A stretch of DNA of 63,478 nucleotides, the filler included, from an uncultured Methanosarcinales archaeon (lineage in GTDB: Archaea > Nanobdellota > Nanobdellia > Woesearchaeales > GW2011-AR9): assembly GCA_964434885.1 (NCBI GenBank). It is 3 parts of 3 records of this genome, joined end to end, with 100 filler letters (N's around TTAATTAATTAA, not from the genome) between each part and the next. Parts side by side here need not be neighbours in the genome. Positions count along the whole stretch, not along the records: positions 13,713 to 40,589 come from CAYSWQ010000008.1; positions 40,690 to 63,478 come from CAYSWQ010000010.1; 1 more part is not named here. One strand, written 5' to 3'. The number at the start of each line of letters is the position of its first letter. Position 1 is the first letter of the stretch. Of this stretch, positions 37,744-46,259 are shown one piece after another. The notes below the pieces were generated by a model. The model saw only the letters and a program-made list of their open reading frames with translations. It searched no databases and had not been told where the DNA came from. A program made the position numbers and the translations under genes.

Positions 37744-38583
37744 ATGCCTAGAAAAAAACATAACATTACACCTGAAATTATTGAACAAGTTAGAGCAATG
37801 TATGATGAAGTAGATGATAATGGGAAAAAAGTTTGGTCTCAAAGAAGGTTGGCTAAATATTTGAGGTTACCAAGAACATATATATCTGCATTTGTAAACG
37901 GTTTTGCATCACCACATGAATACCGAACACATTTAGCTAAAAAAAGGGGTTTTGCATCACTTACAGAATACCGAACACATCTAGCTAAAGAAAAAGGTTT
38001 TGCATCAAGACATGAATATCAAACACATTTAGCTAAAGAAAATGGCTTTCCATCACTTACTGAATACCAAACAGATTTGGCTAAAGAAAAAGGTTTTGCA
38101 TCACCACATGAATACCGAACACATCTAGCTAGGGAAAAAGGAGAAGAAGAACAATTTTTACTGAAAAAAAGATTACGTTTTAGTTTAGGGGACGTATTAA
38201 AAAGGTACACTTTAGATGGTAAGGTTCAATCTGCTCGTGAATATGGGATAGATTACTCAACAATTTGTGAATCTTTAGAAGAAGAAGCAAAAGAAGTTCA
38301 TGGTAAAACTTTGGAAGACATGAGAGAAGAGGGGTATCATGTTGACCATATTATCCCCGTAAGTTTTTTTGATTTAGAAAACCCAGAAGAAGTTAGGAGA
38401 TGTTATCATCCAAGTAATCTTAGATGGTTACCAGGGAGAGAAAATATGAGTAGAAGTAATCGTTTTAGAGAGGAAGATTTAGAGGTATTAGTAAGCATAC
38501 CTATGGCAGTATTTCCTGAACAAATGATGGGTTGTGGAGAATTATTACAAAAATATCCTCATTACTTTGTTCATACCACATAA
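37744..38583 (+). CDS. HTH + 5x16-aa repeat + HNH endonuclease, paralog 1
   Basis: WSQRRLAKYLRLPRTYIS HTH-like segment; GFxSxxEYxTHLAKxx repeats; YHVDHIIP...CYHPSNLRWL...ENMSRSN. Confidence 0.85.
   Translation: MPRKKHNITPEIIEQVRAMYDEVDDNGKKVWSQRRLAKYLRLPRTYISAFVNGFASPHEYRTHLAKKRGFASLTEYRTHLAKEKGFASRHEYQTHLAKENGFPSLTEYQTDLAKEKGFASPHEYRTHLAREKGEEEQFLLKKRLRFSLGDVLKRYTLDGKVQSAREYGIDYSTICESLEEEAKEVHGKTLEDMREEGYHVDHIIPVSFFDLENPEEVRRCYHPSNLRWLPGRENMSRSNRFREEDLEVLVSIPMAVFPEQMMGCGELLQKYPHYFVHTT
37900..38139 (+). repeat. Intragenic 48-bp tandem repeat x5
   Basis: Unit GGTTTTGCATCACCACATGAATACCGAACACATTTAGCTAAAAAAAGG and variants. Confidence 0.95.
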
Positions 38584-38710
38584 AAATCAAGTTAAGTTAG
38601 TTAAATTTGGCAGTGAACCTTTTTGGTCAAATCCTCGCAAGGGCAAATTATTACTTTTATGTAGTGAATTAATAGAAAGTTTTATAAATGCGTTTCTTTT
38701 AATCTCAATT

Positions 38711-39289
38711 ATGTTACTTAAAGCATACCAAAAAGCATTAGGAGATGAAAAACAAAGACAACCTTTCTTGGATTTAATTACTGAACAAGGAATTCCAAAA
38801 TATGTTAAAAAAATAATTTATCAAGATGAAGACAAAGGTAAAGACATTTATAGGTCTCTTATGGGTGTTGTTTGTAACCCTCTTGCTTTATTACATATCC
38901 CTAAAACTTCTTCAACAATAAAGGTATATCCTTTTTCTTTTTCTGGACAAATACATTGTAATTTGGATGATTTTCTTTCAACTTTAAAAGACCATGAATA
39001 TATTCATGCTAGAGAACATTATTTTACTCCAAACAATATAGGATATTCTATTGCGGCAAATATTTATTTACGTTTAAGAAAATTTGGTGTGGATTATCAT
39101 TTTAGTAATGAGATGTGGATACAAGCTGCAGAACAGGAATTAAGAGCATGTAATAATCAAATTGAAACGTTTCCAGAAAGAAATTGTTCTGATAAATTCA
39201 GAAAGTGGGTTTTTGATCGAAGAAGAGATAATGAAAGAGAAATAGAATCACAATTAAGTTTAATAGCAAAAAGAAAAAAAGAAGAGTGA
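38711..39289 (+). CDS. Hypothetical protein with HExxH zincin-like motif
   Basis: DHEYIHARE...EQELRA. Start placed at MLLKAY, about 22 nt after TTTATAAA. Confidence 0.65.
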   Translation: MLLKAYQKALGDEKQRQPFLDLITEQGIPKYVKKIIYQDEDKGKDIYRSLMGVVCNPLALLHIPKTSSTIKVYPFSFSGQIHCNLDDFLSTLKDHEYIHAREHYFTPNNIGYSIAANIYLRLRKFGVDYHFSNEMWIQAAEQELRACNNQIETFPERNCSDKFRKWVFDRRRDNEREIESQLSLIAKRKKEE

Positions 39290-39390
39290 ACTTTTTTTAG
39301 TTAAATTATTTTGATGACAATTAAATTTATAAAAAAGAGCTAATTATTAATTGATAGGGTGGTTTTTCTAAAGGAGTTTTGGATAGGAAT

Positions 39391-40482
39391 ATGCCTAGAA
39401 AAAAACATAATGTTACACCTGAACTTATTGAAAAAGTTAGGGCGATGTACGAAGAAGTAGATGATAAAGGTAAGAAGGTTTGGTCTCAAAAAAGATTAAG
39501 TGAACATTTAGGATTACCAAAACAATATATAACTGCATTTGTAAATGGTTTTGAATCTCATAGTGAATATAGGACTCATAAAAATAAACAGAATGGTTTT
39601 TCATCTTATACAGATTATTTAACTCATTTAGCTAAGAAAAATGGTTTTTCATCACCACATGAATATCGACAACATATGGCTAGGAAAAATGGTTTTACAT
39701 CAGAAACTCAATATCGGATTCATCTAGCTCAAGAAAATGGTTTTACATCAATATATGAACGTAGACTTCACCAAATTGGTAAGAGGGGTTTTAATTCATT
39801 TGGTGAATATCAAACTCATTTGGTAAAGAAGAAAGGTTGTTCATCATCACATGAATATCGTACTCTTCTAGCTCAAGAAAAAGGTTTTGAATCAACATAT
39901 AGTTATCAAGTTCATCTAATTCAAAATAGTATTTTTCCATCAATGCATAGTTACTTAGATCATTTAGCTAAAAATAATGGTTTTTCATCAGTATATGAAT
40001 ATCAACTCCATTTAATTAAAAAGAAAGGTTTTAAATCATATTCAGAATACCGATTTTATCTAGCTAGTAAGAAAGGTCTTGAAGATATTGTCAGATTAAC
40101 AAAAACATTAAGAAATAATTTTAATCGAGCATTAAAAAAATATACTTCCACTGGTAAAATTCAATCTGCTAGCAAGTATGGGATTGATTATTTAGCAATT
40201 TGTGAATCTTTAGAAGAAGAAGCAAGGCAAGTTTATGGTAAATCTATTAGTGAGATGAGAGAAGAAAAGTATCATGTAGATCATATTATTCCAGTAAGTT
40301 TTTATGGTTTAGAAGACCCAGAAGAAGTTAGAAGATGTTATCATCCTAGTAATCTTAGGTGGTTATCTGGAGAAGAAAATATGAGTAGAGGCAATAGTTT
40401 TAGAGCAGAAGATTTAGAAGTGTTGGTTAATTTACCAGTGGAAATTAATCCAAAAAAATGGCTTGCTGAATTGTGGCAGTGA
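39391..40482 (+). CDS. HTH + 11x16-aa repeat + HNH endonuclease, paralog 2
   Basis: Same N-terminal and HNH domains as 37744-38583, with 11 repeats. Confidence 0.85.
   Translation: MPRKKHNVTPELIEKVRAMYEEVDDKGKKVWSQKRLSEHLGLPKQYITAFVNGFESHSEYRTHKNKQNGFSSYTDYLTHLAKKNGFSSPHEYRQHMARKNGFTSETQYRIHLAQENGFTSIYERRLHQIGKRGFNSFGEYQTHLVKKKGCSSSHEYRTLLAQEKGFESTYSYQVHLIQNSIFPSMHSYLDHLAKNNGFSSVYEYQLHLIKKKGFKSYSEYRFYLASKKGLEDIVRLTKTLRNNFNRALKKYTSTGKIQSASKYGIDYLAICESLEEEARQVYGKSISEMREEKYHVDHIIPVSFYGLEDPEEVRRCYHPSNLRWLSGEENMSRGNSFRAEDLEVLVNLPVEINPKKWLAELWQ
39547..40074 (+). repeat. Intragenic 48-bp tandem repeat x11 (diverged)
   Basis: Exact 16-codon periodicity, from GFESHSEYRTHKNKQN to GFKSYSEYRFYLASKK. 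Confidence 0.92.
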
Positions 40483-40589
40483 AATTTATTGGTTAAATTG
40501 ATGCGATAGAACTAATTCAATTTAGGAAATATAGCTTACAGAACATACTTTTCTTCTAAAATTAACGAAAGCTTTATAAAGAAAATACC

Positions 40590-40689
40590 NNNNNNNNNNN
40601 NNNNNNNNNNNNNNNNNNNNNNNNNNNNNNNNNTTAATTAATTAANNNNNNNNNNNNNNNNNNNNNNNNNNNNNNNNNNNNNNNNNNNN
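40590..40689. other. Artificial contig-joining linker
   Basis: N44-TTAATTAATTAA-N44. Confidence 0.98.
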
Positions 40690-40731
40690 AGAAAAAATAT
40701 ACCCAAGGTTTGGAAGCAGCTAATCGTAAGT

Positions 40732-41292
40732 TCATCTTCTTTTCAGATAAATACTAACTAGTATAAAAAGGATTGCTAAAATTAAAGCCATCAAAAATAT
40801 TTTCCAGGCCATGGACACAAAAAAAGTAAGGGGAAAGGTAGTAATCAAAAAAGAATTCAATGGAAATTGCCAATTCCCTTGCGGGAAAAAGATTTGGTGA
40901 AACCAAGTAAACATTAGATTGAAACTAATCCAAGTGAGTAGTGCTATCCCGCCCACGAAACCCAACGTGGCAATTCCCCCATATTTCAATAAATTTATTT
41001 TTTCCTTTTTTCCAAAATATGTAAAGATTAAAGTACAAACAAATAACAACACATAGAACAAATAATTGGTCCCATTCATTACTTGTTGAACATCATTTAA
41101 GTGAGAGATTTCTGCTTTAGTAATATTTTTTTGTTCTAAATCCAGCCAAGACCTTTCTCCATTTAATACCTTTACAGTATCTTTTTGATTTTCAGCCATA
41201 GTTGTAGTAAATAAAACCACCTTATAAGAAAATAGAATTAACAAAAATGGAATTAAAACCACAAACAAAACCATGATTGTTTTTTTGTTCAT
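40732..41292 (-). CDS. DUF1461/TIGR01906 (Lit-like) membrane protein
   Basis: Four TMs, EISHLNDV and FTWFHQIFFPQGNWQF...LITTFP. Confidence 0.75.
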   Translation of the reverse strand: MNKKTIMVLFVVLIPFLLILFSYKVVLFTTTMAENQKDTVKVLNGERSWLDLEQKNITKAEISHLNDVQQVMNGTNYLFYVLLFVCTLIFTYFGKKEKINLLKYGGIATLGFVGGIALLTWISFNLMFTWFHQIFFPQGNWQFPLNSFLITTFPLTFFVSMAWKIFLMALILAILFILVSIYLKRR

Positions 41293-41633
41293 TCTTCAAT
41301 CTCCAAATTTTTTAATTCTCTTTCCAGAAAATTCATCACCAAATCCAGATCTATTCCCCCATAACCTTTGCTCATTCTCATTTGGAGTTCCTTATTAACC
41401 CGCTTAAACACTTGTTCTTTGATCTGTTCCAAATCTCGTTGGGGCAATTCTCTATCAATTGGATTTATTTTCTCTCGGTATTTCTTGGCCACCTCAAAAC
41501 TAGTTACACTTTCTTTATCATAGTGGTTTCTTAAGATTTCTTCTTTGGCTGATTCTTCAAGAACACGATGCACTACCAAATTAACTAGATTACCAACGAG
41601 TAATTGTAATAATTTATTTCGATTTTGACTCAT
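41289..41633 (-). CDS. Hypothetical helical protein coupled to nucleotidyltransferase
   Basis: 114 aa, overlaps both neighbours. Confidence 0.7.
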   Translation of the reverse strand: MSQNRNKLLQLLVGNLVNLVVHRVLEESAKEEILRNHYDKESVTSFEVAKKYREKINPIDRELPQRDLEQIKEQVFKRVNKELQMRMSKGYGGIDLDLVMNFLERELKNLEIEE

Positions 41634-42384
41634 TTTTCTTCATAATATCATTAAATGTTTGATCATAAACCTTTTTGAATTTTTTGAGAAAAGATTTTTC
41701 TATGAGATTTTCTTTTAACTGTTCAACCACTCCAGAACCGAATGTTTTTTCGATGTGCCGATCTACTAAAACTTTAGTTAATTTCTTCTCTTTCAAAAAA
41801 AGATTAATCGCCACTAAATTTCTTACCAGCTTATATTTTTCCTTACCAGTTAGCAAATCAAAACTAGTTAACAAGGATTTACTTTTCAATAAATGCAAAT
41901 CTAATAGTTTATAATTAAATTCGTTTTGATATTTGAATAATTCCCTTTTTTTAATTACATATTTACTTAACATCATTTGAAATAAGGGATCAGTTTTTAG
42001 TCCTTTAATTAGGCTTTTCCTATTTAGACAGGTGAAATGAATGGCGATTCCCATTTTTTCCTGAAAATACTTTTTCCAACTCGGATTTACTTTCCCCTCC
42101 GTAAGTAACAGGACATCAACATCACTAAAATTAAAGCCAGGTTCCAAAAAAGAGCCTGTCAAAATCACATTATCTACTGCTTCAAAATAATCAAATAGTT
42201 CATCTTTAATTAGGGTTTTAATTGGTTCTAAATAATTAAGATTATGGGTGTAAAAATTTATTTTTTTTCTTTGGGTTGGAACTATTTCTACAAAGTTTCC
42301 TACCCCAAAACCTGGGGGTCTGATTTTGGGGAGGTAAACTTGGTCCATTCTACTACCTTTGCTTATTTTACTAATTATTACCAT
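41614..42384 (-). CDS. AbrB-like N-terminus fused to a minimal nucleotidyltransferase domain
   Basis: ISKISKGSRMDQVYLPK...VGNFVEI; LTGSFL...SDVDVLL. Confidence 0.7.
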   Translation of the reverse strand: MVIISKISKGSRMDQVYLPKIRPPGFGVGNFVEIVPTQRKKINFYTHNLNYLEPIKTLIKDELFDYFEAVDNVILTGSFLEPGFNFSDVDVLLLTEGKVNPSWKKYFQEKMGIAIHFTCLNRKSLIKGLKTDPLFQMMLSKYVIKKRELFKYQNEFNYKLLDLHLLKSKSLLTSFDLLTGKEKYKLVRNLVAINLFLKEKKLTKVLVDRHIEKTFGSGVVEQLKENLIEKSFLKKFKKVYDQTFNDIMKKNESKSK

Positions 42385-42406
42385 ATTACGTAAATTTACG
42401 TAATAT
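42383..42406. promoter_or_regulatory. Perfect 24-bp palindrome, putative operator
   Basis: ATATTACGTAAATTTACGTAATAT lies between the TATA box and the start codon of 41614-42384. Confidence 0.75.
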
Positions 42407-42495
42407 TATATAAAGTTTTTGGTGAGAAATTGAATAACTTCAATCGCATTCGAAACAATAAAAAACTATTTAAAAAACAAGAATAATCTTTTGGT

Positions 42496-43089
42496 ATGCC
42501 CAAAAACAAATTATTGTTAGTTGATCTGAATGACAAGAAAACCAAGAAGTTAGCAGAAACTATCACTAGCGATACTTCACGGAAGATTCTTGATTATTTG
42601 GCTGAGAAAGATGATACTGAACAAAACATGGCTAAGGAACTAGGAATTCCCATTTCCACCATTCATTATCATTTGCAAAAATTAGTAGAAGCTAGTTTAG
42701 TGGTAGTAGATGAATTTCATTATAGTAAGAAAGGCCGAGAAGTGAATCACTATAAGTTAGCTAATAAATATATTATTATTGCTCCCAAGAAAGTTTCTGG
42801 TATCAAAAGAGCTTTGAATAATATCTTACCAGTTGGTTTGGTTGTTTTAGGTGTTAGTGGAGTGATTAAGTTAATTAGTTCATTAACAAGTAAAGTTGGT
42901 CCAGTCCAGGAAAAAGTTTTAATGGCAGCAAAGCCAACAATGGCTAAATCAACTATGGATGGAGCTGCAGAAAGTGTTAGGGCTGTATCTTCTACTCCAG
43001 ATATGGCTCTTTGGTTTTTGATTGGGGGGATGAGTACTATTGTGATTTATTTGTTGGTAATGTTAATAAAAGAAAAATTAAAGAAATGA
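42496..43089 (+). CDS. ArsR/winged-helix regulator with two C-terminal TM segments
   Basis: SRKILDYL...AKELGIPISTIHYHLQKLVEASLV...SKKGRE; two hydrophobic segments. Confidence 0.85.
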   Translation: MPKNKLLLVDLNDKKTKKLAETITSDTSRKILDYLAEKDDTEQNMAKELGIPISTIHYHLQKLVEASLVVVDEFHYSKKGREVNHYKLANKYIIIAPKKVSGIKRALNNILPVGLVVLGVSGVIKLISSLTSKVGPVQEKVLMAAKPTMAKSTMDGAAESVRAVSSTPDMALWFLIGGMSTIVIYLLVMLIKEKLKK

Positions 43090-44895
43090 TTTTAGTTTCG
43101 CCAATACAGCTTCAATCAGTTTAATCAATTCTTGAATCTCTGATTTCTCAATAATTACTGTGGTAGAACTAGATCCAATAGTTAGGGTCTCACTATTCTT
43201 TTTCAAATGATTGGTTCCATCATTAGCAGTAGCAAAGACATAAACTTTGTCTCCTGGGTCAGTGTAACGATGATCTAAATCAAAAGTCAATGTAGTTCCG
43301 CTTTTGACATCTCTGAATACTTTGGCTCTTACTTGTACTCCATCAACCATCCAACGAAGAATTACTGTACCTAGTCCCTCATCAGAATAAGTAGTTTTGA
43401 CAACTAACTTATCTGTAGTGAGGGGGGAAGAAGGTGTGATTTTGATTTCACTCAAACTAGGCATATTATTTGTAGTGGTTTTTTCTTCAGGAGGTGGTGT
43501 GGCAGTTAATTCATATGCCCCTACATCAAATGCTTTGCCTTGCGGCCTTACATTGCCTGATAAATCAGTTGTAGCTAAGGTTGTAATTCCTGTATCTATC
43601 GCGGGGGAGTTTTCTTTCAATTGAAAATTATTATTGGGAGCGTCAACAAAAAGAGCGTCTTTAGTTTCCATCAATGAAGCATCTAACTCTGTTAGTTTCT
43701 GACCCCAGCCTTGTTGAGCATAAGTATCTCCATAAGCAACACCTTTGTAATCTATGTATCTGCCAGTTTGAGTTCCTCCAGAAAAGATATTGTTTTTTAT
43801 AGTTAATTTGGCTTGGTCATTAATCCAAACAGAACCTACATTTTTATGGAAAATGCTATTCAAGATTTCTACTTCCATGTTGCTTCCTCCACCATCATAA
43901 CCAAAAGTAGCAGTGTAAGAGTTCTGTCCATTTTTATTATGGTAAGCAACTACGGAATTAATGATTCGATATTTTCCAGGACCATCAAAAACAATCGCAG
44001 CATCTGCTCCTGTATCAGTTGAGATACTGTTTATGATATCTCCTCCTTGCCAGAATTTAATTCCATTTCTGGTGATGTGTTTTACAATGGTGTTGACAAC
44101 AGCTACTTTACTGGCTTTAAGATCTATTCCGTCGGCAGAAGCACCAGTGACAATACTGTCTTCAATGAGGATATTGTTTCCTGTTTCCATCGCAATACCA
44201 TCAGCTCCAGAACCACCTCCTGCGGAGCCAGTTAAATCAATGTTGGTATTGGTAATGCGAATATCTTGACACGGAGGACCTCCACAATGCAAACCAATTA
44301 CATAACCAGATGTATCTGGGTTTTTAATTTCAATATTTTTGAATAATGCTCCCTGGAGAATAGTGTTAGTTCCATCATAACTACCAGCTAAGCCTTCTCC
44401 ACTATTAGTAATTTTAATGTTTTTGAGGATTAAGTTTTTTTGGGTGGTGCTTTTTCCGAAATTTATTGCAGTGGCAAACCCATCTAAGTTAAATCCATCA
44501 ACAATTAAATTATCACCAGTTAAGATGAAACCATATCTAGAGCCAGTGGATTTGATGTTAACTATTTCGTTTTGGTAATTGGTAATAAGAAGGTTATTTT
44601 TTGATACGTGTAATCTCTCGTTGTAAGTGGGGAGAGAGTAGGTACCACCCCTCACGTAGATACCATCTCCCTCTTTGGAAATAGAAATCGCTTTGTTGAT
44701 AGTTTTGAACGGTTGAGATAAAGTTCCTGAATTCGAATCAGATCCTGTAGTAGCTACATAGTACTTATTTCCAGAAATAGAATATGCTCCTGGATCTTTA
44801 GGGAATTTAGTGTAATCAACACCAGCAATTTCTGGTGCAGCGTTTGCTGTAAGTGTCATTAAAATAAGTAACCCAATTATTAAAAAATATTTCAT
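43078..44895 (-). CDS. Secreted right-handed beta-helix (pectin-lyase-like) protein with choice-of-anchor-Q-like and Ig-like C-terminus
   Basis: YYVATTGSDSNSGTLSQPFKTI, DGIDLK, FQLKENSPAIDTG...DVGAYE; AGGAGG SD. Confidence 0.85.
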   Translation of the reverse strand: MKYFLIIGLLILMTLTANAAPEIAGVDYTKFPKDPGAYSISGNKYYVATTGSDSNSGTLSQPFKTINKAISISKEGDGIYVRGGTYSLPTYNERLHVSKNNLLITNYQNEIVNIKSTGSRYGFILTGDNLIVDGFNLDGFATAINFGKSTTQKNLILKNIKITNSGEGLAGSYDGTNTILQGALFKNIEIKNPDTSGYVIGLHCGGPPCQDIRITNTNIDLTGSAGGGSGADGIAMETGNNILIEDSIVTGASADGIDLKASKVAVVNTIVKHITRNGIKFWQGGDIINSISTDTGADAAIVFDGPGKYRIINSVVAYHNKNGQNSYTATFGYDGGGSNMEVEILNSIFHKNVGSVWINDQAKLTIKNNIFSGGTQTGRYIDYKGVAYGDTYAQQGWGQKLTELDASLMETKDALFVDAPNNNFQLKENSPAIDTGITTLATTDLSGNVRPQGKAFDVGAYELTATPPPEEKTTTNNMPSLSEIKITPSSPLTTDKLVVKTTYSDEGLGTVILRWMVDGVQVRAKVFRDVKSGTTLTFDLDHRYTDPGDKVYVFATANDGTNHLKKNSETLTIGSSSTTVIIEKSEIQELIKLIEAVLAKLKSFL

Positions 44896-45024
44896 TTTAT
44901 TGTCCTCCTTTGTGATATTACTTATCTTTTTAAGGGGTTTAAATTAGGTGGGATGAGAATACTAGCGTTATTGGTGAATGTTGGTGGGGTTTTTAAGAAA
45001 AATGAAATAGAAATAAAACTTGTT

Positions 45025-46203
45025 TTAACTTGTTCGAATTCTAAATCTCAAAGCAAAAGGAACAATCAAAGTAGTAATAAAAGCAACTAGCACCAGGATA
45101 GTAACGTGAGTGATGGTTAAGATGCCGATTTGTAGACCAACTATGGCTAGAATTAATTCTACTGTTCCGCGATCATTCATTCCCAAACCAAGAATGAGAG
45201 AATCTTTTTTTTGTTTGCATAATAAAGCTCCTGCCCCCACCCCAATAAATTTACCAACAAAAGCAGCCAAGAGAATCGCAAAGAAAAGCCAAGGAGCTGC
45301 AGTTAATACAGAAAAGTCAACTTTAAAGGCAACTGTGACAATGAATAAAGGTCCTAAGAAACCTAAAGTTAAAATGGACATTCTATCTTTTAATTTTTTA
45401 ACCAATACTTTCCCAGCAATTTCTTCTCTGACCATTAATCCTGCTAAATAAGCTCCGATAATAAAATGGATGCTAAGCATTTCTGCCAAGAAAGCAAAAA
45501 ATAAACCAACGATAATAGCAAAAGTAAAACCGCGAATGGTTCTCTGTTTCATGAATTTAGTAATGTAAGGGTATAATTTATATCCAATAAAAAGCGTTAA
45601 GAGGAAAAATAAAGTTACTTCACCGAAGGTAAATAAAGCTCCCGAGAGATTTAGTTGTCCTACTTTGGCAGATTTGACGGCTACTGCTAAAATGATAAAA
45701 GAAAGAAGATTGTCCACCATAGCAGAACCCATCATGATATTTCCTAATTTACTTCTAAGGAGTTTTAGATCTTGTAAGATTCTTGATTTGGTAACCATAG
45801 CTGTTCCGGAGATAGCAGCACCAATGAAAATTCCTTGTAAAAGTGTTCCTCCGAAAGTAATGGTGGCGGCAAAACCTAGGAGGAAAGGAACTAGAGTGCC
45901 TAAAAAACCAATAGTTAAAGCAGATTTACTAATTTTTAATAGCTTTTTGGGATCAGTTTGCAAACCAGCATAAAACATCAGGAAAAACATTCCTAATTTA
46001 GCTAGCATATCCAATCCATCTGAATAAGAAATTAAATTTAATACTGGTGGTCCAACTAACAATCCTGCTAGTAATTCTCCTAAAACTGCAGGTAATTTAA
46101 TTCGTTGAAATAATTCTCCCACTATCCAAACAATTGCTAATAAGAAAAGAATACTGACTAAAGGTAGGTTGAATACTTGTAAGAAATTTTCAACGAAAGT
46201 CAT
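45025..46203 (-). CDS. Cation:proton antiporter (CPA2/Kef-type membrane domain)
   Basis: LPAVLGELLAGLLVGP, LMFYAGL, IIGAYLAG, PLF, GKFIG, RG.VEL. Confidence 0.9.
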   Translation of the reverse strand: MTFVENFLQVFNLPLVSILFLLAIVWIVGELFQRIKLPAVLGELLAGLLVGPPVLNLISYSDGLDMLAKLGMFFLMFYAGLQTDPKKLLKISKSALTIGFLGTLVPFLLGFAATITFGGTLLQGIFIGAAISGTAMVTKSRILQDLKLLRSKLGNIMMGSAMVDNLLSFIILAVAVKSAKVGQLNLSGALFTFGEVTLFFLLTLFIGYKLYPYITKFMKQRTIRGFTFAIIVGLFFAFLAEMLSIHFIIGAYLAGLMVREEIAGKVLVKKLKDRMSILTLGFLGPLFIVTVAFKVDFSVLTAAPWLFFAILLAAFVGKFIGVGAGALLCKQKKDSLILGLGMNDRGTVELILAIVGLQIGILTITHVTILVLVAFITTLIVPFALRFRIRTS

Positions 46204-46259
46204 ACAAGAAGGAAAATTTTAAGGTTTATATAATTTATCTTGAATTAAGAATAAAAAAA

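Larger units (their letters stand above)
37628..38646 (+). mobile_element. Approximately 1-kb HNH cassette flanked by a direct repeat of the tRNA-Arg 3' end
   Basis: TCAAATCCTCGCAAGGGCAA is identical at 37628-37647 and 38627-38646; one HNH gene lies between. Confidence 0.7.

Noticed and set aside
37573..37842. 89-aa minus-strand ORF
   Set aside because: Antisense to the tRNA and the HNH gene start.
37900..38139. 48-bp repeats as a possible CRISPR array
   Set aside because: The units are contiguous, in frame and protein-coding, with no unique spacers and no cas genes.
38534..38710. N-terminal extension of the 251-aa ORF
   Set aside because: It overlaps the HNH gene end and the tRNA-end duplicate; a TATA box supports the ATG at 38711.
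37744..40482. HNH paralogs as a DGR template/variable pair or as IscB/Cas9-like RNA-guided nucleases
   Set aside because: Differences are not adenine-specific, no reverse transcriptase is present, and there are no RuvC motifs or evident guide RNA.
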